Source of the DNA: an uncultured Chloroflexia bacterium
GTDB lineage: Bacteria > Chloroflexota > Anaerolineae > JAAYZQ01
Length of the DNA stretch: 64,000 nucleotides
Direction of reading: 5' to 3'
Assembly: GCA_963700285.1 (NCBI GenBank)
Contig: CAVOXA010000015.1
Coordinates: forward strand, 1 to 64,000
The notes under the pieces are model-generated. The model ran no database searches. It was not told where the DNA came from and saw only the letters and a list, made by a program, of their open reading frames with translations. The stretch's first letter is position 1. Each line of letters starts with the position of its first letter. Positions 1-9,597 of the stretch are shown here, piece after piece. The position numbers were made by a program, and so were the translations under genes.

Positions 1-1302
1 GGCTACCCCCAATAGCTTGTTGATGCCCTGTACCTGGATGCAGGTGCTCACCACACCCATGGCCACGACGATCTCTTCGACGGGAGGAAAGGAGGGAGCA
101 AGGCGGATATTCCGATCTCGGGGATCCTTTCCATAGGGGAATGTCGCCCCGGCGGGAGTCAGCTTGACGCCTGCTTCGGCGGCCATACGCACCACTGCTT
201 GGGAGCATCCATCCAGCGTGTCAAGGTTGACAAAATACCCTCCCGCTGGCCGGCTCCAGGCCGCGATGCCCGTGCCGCCCAGTTCTTGCTCAAGGATGCC
301 CAGCACGGCATCGAACTTGGGCTTCAGGATTGCAGCGTGCTTGCGCATGTGGCTCTCTATGCCCGCCATGTTCCGGAAAAAGCGCACGTGCCGGAGCTGG
401 TTCAGTTTGTCCGGCCCGATGGTCTCAAAGGCCATCTGCCTCTTGGTAAACGCTATGTTCCTTTCACTGCCCGCCATCAAGGCCACGCCGGATCCGGCGA
501 AAGAGATCTTGGACGTAGAGCCAAAGATAAAGACCCGGTCGGGATTCCCAGCCTGTTTGCAGGCGGCAAGCATGTTCTTCAACCTGGCGGGTGTGTCTGT
601 CAGGTGGTGGACCGTATAGGCATTGTCCCAGAACACCCGAAAATCGGCTGCCGTTGTGTGCATGCTGGCCAGGCGCTCCACGACCTCGTCCGAGAAGGTC
701 ACCCCCGTGGGGTTGCTGTACTTGGGCACGGACCAGATGCCCTTGACGCTCTCGTCCTCGGCTACCACACTTTCCACGTGGTCCATGTCGGGACCATCCG
801 CCATCATTTCGACGGGGATCATCTCGATGCCCAGGTGTTCGCAGATGGAAAAGTGACGGTCATAGCCGGGGCTGGGGCATAAGAAGCGTACCCTGGGCAG
901 TTTGCTCCAGGGTATCTCGCTGTCGACGAGACCGTGGATCATGGCTCGTGCGACAGCATCGTACATCATGGCCAGGCTGGTATTGCCCCCGACAATGATC
1001 TCGTCCGGCTCGACCTCCAGGAATTGAGCAAAAAGCTCCTTGGCTTCCGGGATCCCGTCCAGCCCGCCATAGTTGCGACAGTCCAGGCCCCTGGAACTAT
1101 AGTTCGTGCCATCGACACATTTGAGCATGTCCAGCGCCAGGTCCAGTTGTGCGGCGCAGGGCTTGCCCCGCGTCATGTCGATGTTTAGTTTCTGGGCCTG
1201 GTAGTCCTGCAGGCGTTCCAGCAGTATCACCCGAAGCGCCCGCAGCTCGTTGGGATGCCTGGCGCCAAATTCATTGCTGCCCTGGCCTGTATCGTCCGTC
1301 AT
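1..1302 (-). CDS. PLP-dependent aminotransferase class I/II (Rv3722c-like aspartate aminotransferase family), runs off window edge
   Basis: Not in the ORF track because the stop lies outside the window. Manual translation gives LNIDMTRGKP, DCRNYGGLDG, CPSPGYDRHF, VPKYSNPTG, FWDNAY, FGSTSKISFAG (PLP Lys), PAGATFPYGKDPRDRNIRLAPSFP. RBS GGAGGAG precedes ATG at 1302. Confidence 0.9.
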   Translation of the reverse strand, partial: MTDDTGQGSNEFGARHPNELRALRVILLERLQDYQAQKLNIDMTRGKPCAAQLDLALDMLKCVDGTNYSSRGLDCRNYGGLDGIPEAKELFAQFLEVEPDEIIVGGNTSLAMMYDAVARAMIHGLVDSEIPWSKLPRVRFLCPSPGYDRHFSICEHLGIEMIPVEMMADGPDMDHVESVVAEDESVKGIWSVPKYSNPTGVTFSDEVVERLASMHTTAADFRVFWDNAYTVHHLTDTPARLKNMLAACKQAGNPDRVFIFGSTSKISFAGSGVALMAGSERNIAFTKRQMAFETIGPDKLNQLRHVRFFRNMAGIESHMRKHAAILKPKFDAVLGILEQELGGTGIAAWSRPAGGYFVNLDTLDGCSQAVVRMAAEAGVKLTPAGATFPYGKDPRDRNIRLAPSFPPVEEIVVAMGVVSTCIQVQGINKLLGVA

Positions 1303-1444
1303 GGTTCTCCTCCACGGCCTTCAATCGGTTCCGTTGGTAGTTTTATGTGGTAGACCGCAAGGAACGGCACTAAAGTTCCTACCGCGAACGGGTGCTGCGG
1401 TCTGGTGATACGCAGCAGGCTGAGCCGCGCCAGTCGGCCGCGTG

Positions 1445-2206
1445 TCAGATGGCGTCCCCAAAGCGTTCCATTAGCTTGTAGATGGCCTCGGTCCCAAAGC
1501 TCAACGCCTCCACGGGTACCCGTTCATCGGGGCCGTGGGCTAGCTTAAAGATGTCAAGCCCGGGCGGCAGGCTCATGGGTGTGAATCCATAGGTTTGGAT
1601 CCCCAGCCGCGCAAAGTGCCGGGCGTCGGTGCCGCCAGACACAAGCAGCGGCCCTGGCGTCCCGTCTGGATCGGCTTCTTTCAGGATGCCAGAGAGCGTT
1701 TCAAAGAGGCCCATGTCCGCTTCGGGAGGACCGGCCTCGTGCTTTATCACTGTTAGTTCCACCTCGTCGCCCAGCAGTTGGCCCAGTTCAGAGAGCATGT
1801 CTTTGTCCGTGTAGCCTGGCAGCAGACGGCCGTCCAACTCCACGCTGACCTCGCAGGGAATGACATTGATCTTGTCGCTGCCGTGAAGGATCGTCGGGCT
1901 GACGGTATTGTGCAGCAGCGGGTCCAGAAGGCGGCCCGTTGGCCCCAATTGGTCCAGCGCCGTGTCGGTTAGTTGCGGGTCGAGAACCTGGCGCAAAAGC
2001 TGATCTTTGGGAGAGGGAGGAGCGAGGCCATGCTCTCGACCATCTGCCGGGCGGCGGGGGTCACGTGAACCGGCAGGCGATGCTCGTCCAGCCGCTGCAG
2101 TGCCCGGCGGATTGGTTGTATCAAAGCGGATGAGGTTCTGCAGCAACTCGACCGGTCGTTGATAGAGCGTCGACGAGTCGACTGGCGATTCTGCGTGCGC
2201 GGTCAT
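1445..2206 (-). pseudogene. M20/M25/M40 metallopeptidase, internally deleted
   Basis: N-terminus LLQNLIRFDTTNPPG is joined directly to the C-terminal part (KINVIP, DGRLLPG, GGTDARHF, AHGPDERV). The metal-binding HxD, DMK and EE motifs are absent. Confidence 0.75.
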
Positions 2207-2260
2207 GGTTTCACCTCGGATTCTGTTGTGTCAATGATCACGGGTTGGTTGTCAATCTGA

Positions 2261-2510
2261 TCATAGTATCCAATGAAGCGAGCCGGTTCTGCGGCGTCGT
2301 ACTGGCTCAAGTTCTCGGCCCAGCGATAGCCGATGGACTGGTAGAGCAGGGCGGTCTGTACTGAAAAGGGCCCTTGGCGTCGCCCACGTCGACGGCGTAC
2401 AGGATCTGGTCGCTGCTATCGCAAAAGTCCTCGTCCTCCAGTACTGCGCCGTAGACAGCGATGTCGGCCCGGGAAGAGTTCTTGTCAAAGCCTGAGGGCG
2501 GCAGGACGGC
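2261..2510 (-). pseudogene. frameshifted gene remnant, resembles the C-terminus of Chloroflexota multiheme-cytochrome-like proteins
   Basis: Reading across frames gives LPPSGFDK..ADIAVYGAVLEDEDF..SDQILYAVDVGDAKGPF..LLYQSIGYRWAENLSQYDA. No upstream body is present. Family recognised from memory only. Confidence 0.35.
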
Positions 2511-2744
2511 AGGACGGCAAGAATCTGGAAGGGCAGGCTCTTCATGACTGCCTCCTTGCAGCACAAAAGTTTGCAGCAGTGCCAGGTGGGCCAAGACCTG
2601 GCTGTCACCCGGTGGGCGAGTGACGGCGCCAGTATAGCACGATGTAAAACAACAGTCAAAACCGCGAGTGCCTTTGCAGATGTCAGTGTGCCGGATGCCG
2701 GTTCTCGTGCCGGGCGACAGGTGCTTGCCATCGGGCGGCGTCAC

Positions 2745-2780
2745 AAAAAGAAGAGAATCCCCCACCCAAAGGTGGGGGAT
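2745..2780 (-). terminator. rho-independent terminator downstream of the DUF4332 gene
   Basis: Perfect 10-bp stem ATCCCCCACC/GGTGGGGGAT followed by a T-rich tract on the minus strand. Confidence 0.7.
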
Positions 2781-2887
2781 CTGCCTACATCTTCTGGTGG
2801 TCCAGGGCAAACCAAGACCGCGGCGGGCAAGATCTCAATGGCTTGCCAACCGGTACTGCGTCCGTACTAGAACTGACCTTGCCGGGG

Positions 2888-3292
2888 CTAGTAGTTGATA
2901 ACCCGAGGCAAGTCCTTCGCCTGCGCTACCCAATCGCTTACCTGAGCCTGGGTGGGCAGCCTGCGCACCAGTTTTTTCTCCTGGTTGGTCTCTACCAGCT
3001 TGGCGTGGAGATTTTCCGCATTCCGCTGGGCCAGTTCGGGCACTGTGTCGACGCCTGCCTCTTCAAGCAGGTCAGAATACTCTTCGCCCACACCCTTGAT
3101 CCGGAAAAGATCGGCGTGGTTGACCCATTCGAGGATCAGTTTGCCACTGATGCCTGTCTGCTCCGCAAGCTCATTGCGGTCCTGAGGAGCAGCGCCTGCC
3201 TGCAGCAGGTCATTGACTGTCTGGATGCCGGCTTTTTGTAGCTTCTGAGCGTAAACGTCGCCAATCCCTTCGATCTTTGCTATCCTCGCCAT
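2888..3292 (-). CDS. DUF4332 family helix-hairpin-helix protein
   Basis: IEGIGDVYAQKL, ADLFRIKGVGEEYSDLLEEAGVDTVPELAQRN. RBS GAGGAGGG before ATG 3292. Confidence 0.85.
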   Translation of the reverse strand: MARIAKIEGIGDVYAQKLQKAGIQTVNDLLQAGAAPQDRNELAEQTGISGKLILEWVNHADLFRIKGVGEEYSDLLEEAGVDTVPELAQRNAENLHAKLVETNQEKKLVRRLPTQAQVSDWVAQAKDLPRVINY

Positions 3293-3550
3293 CGTACTCC
3301 CTCCTCTTGACTGTTGGTTTGACAGAACCATTCTACACTGGGAATGTTACACTCCGGATTACAGTCATGCCTTCGATACCAACTTGCAGGATCTGTCCGA
3401 CTGTGCCGGTCAAGTTGTGACACAGCCATTGTACTCCAAAAATGAAACGCTGGCAAGTGGGCTTGATCTGCGGCCTCTCCGGGCAGGGTTGGCAGGTATT
3501 CACCAAAGGGACTTGATTGTCGTGGCCCCTTATGGTATACTGGAGGTGAG

Positions 3551-5818
3551 ATGAGGCAGATCGAGTACTTTGTCCCGGGTGTTCAGGGCGAGGGCGATGA
3601 TGCCCTGTCCCGCCTGCGATGGCCCATCCCGCCGGGCGTAGCCCACGCCTACACGGAGGCTTACACCGATCCTGGAGACGCGGTTCTGGTACCCTACTGC
3701 CAGGGCTCGGTCTCCGTGCGCGAGGTGCTGGCTTTGGATCGGCGGGTGCTGGCGCTGAATTTCGACCCCATCATGGTCCTCGTTGTCGACACGGCCCTCA
3801 ATCCGCCAACAGCGCGAGACCTGGATGCGGCGGTAGCGCGACTGGGTGACGTCTTGAAGCAGGGCGTGCCGCTTCGCCGCTACCTGGAGGACCTGTATGC
3901 GACGACCTGTCCGGCCTGCCTGCGTCCTGCCGTAGCCGTACATTTTGTCTGGGACCGGGATCAGGGCGCTCCGGTGGCCAAGTGCCTCCGCTGTCCGGTT
4001 TGCGCCTGGGATGGGCAGGCTGCTGTCGATCAGGATGACCTGGCCCGCCTGGCCCAGGTACCAGCGCAGGGGATGCACTATCACTATGTCCTGGACCGCG
4101 TGGCTGCCCAGTCGCTAGACGGTGCCCAGCGGGACCGCCTGGAGCCCCTGTTGAAGCTCTACTCGCCGCGCAATCTGTATGCCCTGGCTGAACTAACCCT
4201 CAGGCTAGAGGGCATCATTCCTGATGCCCGGTTGCGCCGGGCCCTAAATGTGGTACTCTTGGACTGCCTGGATCGCTGCTCATCCCTGACCCCGATCCCG
4301 ACCCGCAGCGCGCGCCGTCGAGGGCTGTCGCGTCCGGATCGCTTTCTGGAACGCAACGTTTGGTATGCCTTTGAAGAGGCAGTCACCCGCTTCCAGCGTT
4401 CGGCCCGGTCCTCAACCCCCGGATTGGCTGAATCGTTTGAGGCTTACCAGTCCTCAGCAGGGGAATATCAGGGCTTGGTAGGGCCGGGCCTTGTCCGCGA
4501 CCTGCCCCGCATGTTGCCTGGCCGCAGTGTGCGGTTGATCCTGACCAGCCCGCCCGCTCTCGACGTGGCCGCCTGGGTGTTATCCTATTTCTGGGGCGCG
4601 TGGCTGTTGGGCGCCAAAGCCGTCGCGCCTCTACGTCCACTGTTGCGCCAACGAACGCCCGATCCAATGTGGTACGCAAGAGTCATGGCCGGCTCGTATC
4701 GAAATCTGGCGACTCTCCTGCGCGACGATGGTCACCTTGTGCTGATCCTGTCGGACCAGCGGCCAGCCGTGCTCGAGGCTCTTCTCCTGGCTGCGGGTCG
4801 GGCGCGGTTGGGTGTCGCTGCTGTCGTGCAGTGTGGAAGCGACTACCGATTGGACCTGGTGCCCAAGCTGCCTCAAGCAACATCCCCATCCCACGCCGCG
4901 CTGAACGTACAGATCCAGGAGGCGGCTGCACAGGCTGCCTCTGAGACGATCCGGGCGCGGGGTGAGCCTGTCGCCTGGCGTACCTTGCACACCACGATCT
5001 TGGATCGTCTGGCGCAAAGGGGCCTTCTCGTTCGGGCATTGGGGGCCGAGGGTGAAGGGGCTTCGCCCCTCGATCTCGTGGCGGAACAGGTCCACGTGGG
5101 TCTGGAAGACCCTGGTCTTTTGCGTCTGCAAGGCAGCGACGGGGGCGACGAACTGTGGTGGCTGGCCGATCTCTCAGGGATGGCGTCTCCTCTCTGCGAC
5201 AGGGTGGAGCTGTTCGCCGATGAGGTGCTGAGAGGGGTGCCCTCCATGACTGAGGCCGAGTTCGCCCAGGCCGTATATGCCCAGTTTCCTGGCTCGCTCA
5301 CGCCTGAGAAAGAATTGGTGGCGGGTTGCCTGCGGGCTCTGAGCCAGGAAACAACCTCAGGCTGCTGGCAGCTTCGGCCTGAAGACATGCCTGGCTCACG
5401 GCAGACCGAGAGCCGCGCCATCATCGAGAGCCTGCTGGCCCTGGGAACACGGCTGGGCTTTCGGGCTGTACCCCGGCCTCCTTTTGATGCCGCTTGGTTC
5501 GAGGGGGAACAGGCCCGGGCAGCCTTTTCCGTGCGCTGGCAGGCGGCGGTAAGCGAGACTCTGTCCCTGGGTGGGCAGTTGGAGGGGGCCCAGCCCTACA
5601 TGGTCATCCCCGGCGGGCGGGCGGCGTTGGTGAGCTACAAGCTGGCCCGCAATCCTCTCTGGCAACAAGCTGTCGACGAGGAGGGCTGGCGCTTTATCAA
5701 ATACCGGCACGTGCGTCATCTGGCCACCCAGCTCGATGTGGACGAGTATACCCTGCAGACCATCGTCGGGCTCGATCCCATCGTCGAGAAGGAGCAGGCA
5801 CAGCTTGCGCTCTTTTGA
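3551..5818 (+). CDS. large DNA methyltransferase-like protein with Zn ribbon and degenerate motifs
   Basis: 755-aa ORF with RBS GGAGGTG. Motif-I-like YTDPGDAVLVPYCQG, CPAC...CPVC Zn ribbon, motif-IV-like LILTSPPA followed by LLRDDGHLVL. Confidence 0.65.
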   Translation: MRQIEYFVPGVQGEGDDALSRLRWPIPPGVAHAYTEAYTDPGDAVLVPYCQGSVSVREVLALDRRVLALNFDPIMVLVVDTALNPPTARDLDAAVARLGDVLKQGVPLRRYLEDLYATTCPACLRPAVAVHFVWDRDQGAPVAKCLRCPVCAWDGQAAVDQDDLARLAQVPAQGMHYHYVLDRVAAQSLDGAQRDRLEPLLKLYSPRNLYALAELTLRLEGIIPDARLRRALNVVLLDCLDRCSSLTPIPTRSARRRGLSRPDRFLERNVWYAFEEAVTRFQRSARSSTPGLAESFEAYQSSAGEYQGLVGPGLVRDLPRMLPGRSVRLILTSPPALDVAAWVLSYFWGAWLLGAKAVAPLRPLLRQRTPDPMWYARVMAGSYRNLATLLRDDGHLVLILSDQRPAVLEALLLAAGRARLGVAAVVQCGSDYRLDLVPKLPQATSPSHAALNVQIQEAAAQAASETIRARGEPVAWRTLHTTILDRLAQRGLLVRALGAEGEGASPLDLVAEQVHVGLEDPGLLRLQGSDGGDELWWLADLSGMASPLCDRVELFADEVLRGVPSMTEAEFAQAVYAQFPGSLTPEKELVAGCLRALSQETTSGCWQLRPEDMPGSRQTESRAIIESLLALGTRLGFRAVPRPPFDAAWFEGEQARAAFSVRWQAAVSETLSLGGQLEGAQPYMVIPGGRAALVSYKLARNPLWQQAVDEEGWRFIKYRHVRHLATQLDVDEYTLQTIVGLDPIVEKEQAQLALF

Positions 5819-6064
5819 GCCTGGCCTTTGCGGCTGTACGCAACTCACTGAGCTAGGGCACGCCGGCATTCATCCGCTACTCGAGACTGTGCAAAGAGCC
5901 CAGACTCGGGAAAGAAAAAGGGCAGACATTCCAGCTTCTTCATACAGTCTGGAGCGTCTGGGAATGCCTTAATGCGGCCTTAACCTCCTGCGGAACTGTC
6001 CTTACGGAAGTTGCGAGCAGGATATGCGACGATAGTACCAATCATACCATGAGGAGGAAGAACT

Positions 6065-6586
6065 GTGGAACTAGAGGGCAAACGAGTGGCCGTATTGGCC
6101 GAGAATAACTATCAGGAGCTGGAGCTTTGGTACCCCTTGCTGCGGCTACGGGAGGCGGGCGCCGAGACATTCGTGGTTGGTACAGGGAGCGCCGGTACTT
6201 ACAAGAGCAAGGGGGGCTATCCCGTGAATGTCGATGTGGAGGCCGGGCAGGTGAGCGCCGGTGATATAGACGCTGTGGTCGTCCCCGGCGGCTACGCTCC
6301 GGATCTGATGCGTCGCTATGCAGACGTTCTCAACCTGGTCCGTGAAGCATCCGCTCAAGGGAAAATTGTCGCGGCCATCTGCCACGCTGGCTGGGTGCTG
6401 GCTTCGGCTGACGTCCTCAGGGGCAAGAAAGCAACGTGTGTACCGGCCATCAAGGATGACGTCATAAACGCCGGCGCGACCTACATCGATGCCGAGGTCG
6501 TGCGTGACGGAAACCTGATCACGTCGCGGGTGCCCTCGGACCTGCCGGCTTTCTGCCGGACGATCATTGAGGCGCTCAGCGAGTAG
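6065..6586 (+). CDS. pfpI: PfpI/DJ-1 family protease/deglycase
   Basis: YQELELWYP, VPGGYAPD, AAICHAG nucleophile elbow, DGNLITSRVPSDLPAF. Confidence 0.92.
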   Translation: MELEGKRVAVLAENNYQELELWYPLLRLREAGAETFVVGTGSAGTYKSKGGYPVNVDVEAGQVSAGDIDAVVVPGGYAPDLMRRYADVLNLVREASAQGKIVAAICHAGWVLASADVLRGKKATCVPAIKDDVINAGATYIDAEVVRDGNLITSRVPSDLPAFCRTIIEALSE

Positions 6587-6654
6587 AATCGTCAGAGCTG
6601 ACAGGGCGGCGGCTAGGTACCCGGTGCAAACCTGTCAGGTCTCAGTGTCAAGAG

Positions 6655-7227
6655 GTGGACATGAAGGAATCCCAGTTCTACACGAGGGGCGGAGATGATG
6701 GCACCACGGGGCTCCTAGGGCCAGAGCGGGTGCCCAAGTGCGACCTGCGGCCGGAAGCCTATGGGGCGGTAGATGAGGTACAGGCCGTCCTTGGCCTGGC
6801 GCGGGCTGGAGGCTGTTCCCCCCGGTCGGCCGCCATCTTGCTGGAGGTCCAGCGGGACCTGCACCCCATGATGGCCGAACTCGCTTCGGCCGGCAGCAGG
6901 CATAGCGCCTTTTCCAACAGCATCACCGCGGATCACGTGGGCCAACTGGAGGGCTACATTGGGGAGTACGAGGTCCTGCTAGAAATGCCCAAAGAGTTTA
7001 TCATCCCCGGCGACAGTCCGCAGGGTGCCACCCTTCACTTGGGGCGCACGGTGGCCCGCCGGGCGGAGCGGCAGGCGGTACGATTGGCGGATGGAGGACT
7101 TTTGGACAACCTCCAAGTGCTTCGCTATCTCAACCGGCTTTCGTCACTGCTTTTTGTGTTGGCCCTTTACGAAGACCTGCAAGCGACGGGCAGGACTCCA
7201 ACGCCTGCGGTGGAGAAGGGAGTCTAG
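6655..7227 (+). CDS. pduO: ATP:cob(I)alamin adenosyltransferase (PduO type)
   Basis: YTRGGDDGTT, EAYGAVDE, FIIPG, RTVARRAER, YLNRLSSLLFVLA. Confidence 0.92.
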   Translation: MDMKESQFYTRGGDDGTTGLLGPERVPKCDLRPEAYGAVDEVQAVLGLARAGGCSPRSAAILLEVQRDLHPMMAELASAGSRHSAFSNSITADHVGQLEGYIGEYEVLLEMPKEFIIPGDSPQGATLHLGRTVARRAERQAVRLADGGLLDNLQVLRYLNRLSSLLFVLALYEDLQATGRTPTPAVEKGV

Positions 7228-7236
7228 ATAGAAGCT

Positions 7237-8106
7237 ATGCCAGAAAACAAGGTACTGTTGGGCGCTCACCAGTCGATTGCTGGTGGCGTGGAGATGGCGT
7301 TGCAGCGCGGACAGGATACGGGCTGCGACGTGGTTCAGATCTTTGTGAAGACACCCAACCGCTGGGCCTCCAAGGCCCTAGAGGAAAAGAACGTCGTCGC
7401 CTTCAAGGAGGCTGTGAACGACACCGGCATCTGGCCGGTGTTTGCCCATTCCCTGTACCTGATCAACTTGGCCACGCCTGACGATGCCCTCTGGGAAAAG
7501 TCCTTGGGCGCACTGACCGATGATCTGGAGCGGTGTGAGATGTTGGGATTGCCCGGGCTGGTCATGCATCCTGGGTCGCACAGGGGCTCGGGCGAGGAGG
7601 CGGGGGTCCAGCGTATCGCCTCCGCTCTGGACGAGGTGCACGCCCGCCTGCCAGGCTACGGTGTGCAGGTCTGGCTGGAGACGACGGCCGGCCAGGGCGA
7701 CCACCTGGGATACTCCTTCGACCAGTTGCGGGCCATGATCGACGGTGTGCATGATCCCGAGCGCCTGGGTGTCTGCTTTGACACGGCCCATGCCTTTGCC
7801 GCTGGCTATGAGCTGCGTACGCGCGAGGGATACGAGGCGACATGGGAAGCATTTGATGCCGCGTTGGGCCAGGAGCGTCTGCGGGCTATCCACCTCAATG
7901 ACTCCAAGAAAGACCTGGGCAGCCGGGTGGATCGTCACGAGCAGATCGGCCAGGGCCTGCTGGGCCTGGAACCATTCCGTTTCCTGGTAAACGACAGCCG
8001 CTTTCGGGGAATTCCGATGACGCTGGAGACGGACAAGGGACCAGATTTGGCCGAGGACAGGGAGAACCTCCGGGTTCTGCGCGACCTGGTGGCCCGGGCT
8101 CCCTGA
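7237..8106 (+). CDS. nfo: endonuclease IV
   Basis: GAHQSIAGG, HSLYLINLA, HPGS, LETTAGQG, CFDTAHAFAAGY, HLNDSK, DRHEQIGQG. Confidence 0.95.
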   Translation: MPENKVLLGAHQSIAGGVEMALQRGQDTGCDVVQIFVKTPNRWASKALEEKNVVAFKEAVNDTGIWPVFAHSLYLINLATPDDALWEKSLGALTDDLERCEMLGLPGLVMHPGSHRGSGEEAGVQRIASALDEVHARLPGYGVQVWLETTAGQGDHLGYSFDQLRAMIDGVHDPERLGVCFDTAHAFAAGYELRTREGYEATWEAFDAALGQERLRAIHLNDSKKDLGSRVDRHEQIGQGLLGLEPFRFLVNDSRFRGIPMTLETDKGPDLAEDRENLRVLRDLVARAP

Positions 8107-8335
8107 GCCTGCTGCAATCACCTGCGCCTGCCCCTGCTTGGGCGCAGGTGGGAGTAGTGGTATAATGGAGTGGCTGCCAAGCTCATCGAAGAGGCCGCCG
8201 AAGGCTGGGCCTTTGTGGCAAAGGCCCTGGAGATGGACATCCCCCGGGCTCAGATTGGAAGGTGGTGGCCCACATGCGGCTGAGGGTACAATCGCCGCAG
8301 GCGCCATCTTGAGCGAGGTTTCTCAGGAGTAGGAC

Positions 8336-9541
8336 ATGTTCCCATCCATCCAGATAGGCAGAGCAGAGTACGAGGCGCGCGTTCGATTGCTGGTAGACTA
8401 CCTCGACGGGGAAAGCCTCTCGGGCGCTGTCCTCTTTGATAACTACCATGTGAACTATTTCAGCGGTTTTGCCTTCATCCCCACCGAACGGCCCATTGCC
8501 CTGGCGCTCAGCGTTCAGGGTGAGAGCGTGCTGTTTGTCCCCCGCCTGGAGCTGGAGCACGCCCAGGGCGAGGCGGCGGTGGATCGGGTGGAGCATTACC
8601 TCGAGTACCCCGATGACCCGCACCCCATGGCTCGCTTCCGGGACATCCTGGCGCAGATGGGAATTGCCGGCTGGCACTCTCGGAGGATCGGCGCGGATAC
8701 CGATGGCTATCCCTGGATCTTGGGCTACCAGGGGCCGAGCCTGTCGGCCGTGACCGGCGCGGGGGTGGCTCCCATTGGCGCTTTTGTGGAAGCCCAGATG
8801 TGGATCAAAAGCCGCGCTGAACTGGCCCTCATCCGCGAGAGCGCCAAGTGGAGCAACCTGTCCCACCGCCTGCTGCAACGCTATACCCGCGCCGGCGAGA
8901 CTGAGACCGCGGTGAGCCTGCGGGCCAGCCAGGAGGCGACGCTGGCCCTGGTCGATGCCTTGGGTCCCCTCTATCGCGCGCGGAGCATGTTCTTCGATGG
9001 CGCTGTGGCCAGCTACCGGGGCCAGATCGGGCGACAGGCTGCGATTCCCCATTCCCTGGCCATGAACGCCACCTTTGCGGCCGGCGATGTGCTGGTCACG
9101 GGCGCGGCGGCAGCCATCTGGAGCTACCAGGCGGAACTTGAGCGGACCCTGATCATCGGGCCGCCCAGCGACGAGCAGCGTCGCTTCTTTGAACACATGG
9201 TCGCCCTCCAACAGGTCGCCTTTGAGGCGCTAAAGCCTGGCACTACCTGCAGCGAGGTGGATCTGGCGGTCCGCGGCTACTACGAGGAACATGATCTGAT
9301 GCCCTATTGGAAGCATCACACCGGTCATGGCATCGGCCTGCGCTATCACGAGGGGCCGTTCCTGGATTACAACGACCACACGGTCTTAAAGCCGGGCATG
9401 GTTCTCACTGTCGAGCCGGGGCTCTATATCAGCGGTCTGGGTGGTTTCCGCCACTCGGACACTGTCGTCATCACCGCGAGCGGCATGGAATTGATCACCT
9501 ACTACCCACGCGACCTGGGGAGCTTGACGATCCCGGTCTGA
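8336..9541 (+). CDS. Xaa-Pro peptidase family (M24)
   Basis: HHTGHGIGLRYHEGP, VLTVEPGLY, GFRHSDTVV. The acidic ligand pattern is partly atypical (creatinase-like). Confidence 0.88.
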   Translation: MFPSIQIGRAEYEARVRLLVDYLDGESLSGAVLFDNYHVNYFSGFAFIPTERPIALALSVQGESVLFVPRLELEHAQGEAAVDRVEHYLEYPDDPHPMARFRDILAQMGIAGWHSRRIGADTDGYPWILGYQGPSLSAVTGAGVAPIGAFVEAQMWIKSRAELALIRESAKWSNLSHRLLQRYTRAGETETAVSLRASQEATLALVDALGPLYRARSMFFDGAVASYRGQIGRQAAIPHSLAMNATFAAGDVLVTGAAAAIWSYQAELERTLIIGPPSDEQRRFFEHMVALQQVAFEALKPGTTCSEVDLAVRGYYEEHDLMPYWKHHTGHGIGLRYHEGPFLDYNDHTVLKPGMVLTVEPGLYISGLGGFRHSDTVVITASGMELITYYPRDLGSLTIPV

Positions 9542-9597
9542 GATCAGAGCCTTGCGCAGAACAGAAGCTGCGCGCAGGAAAAGGATGGCTTGTAGAT

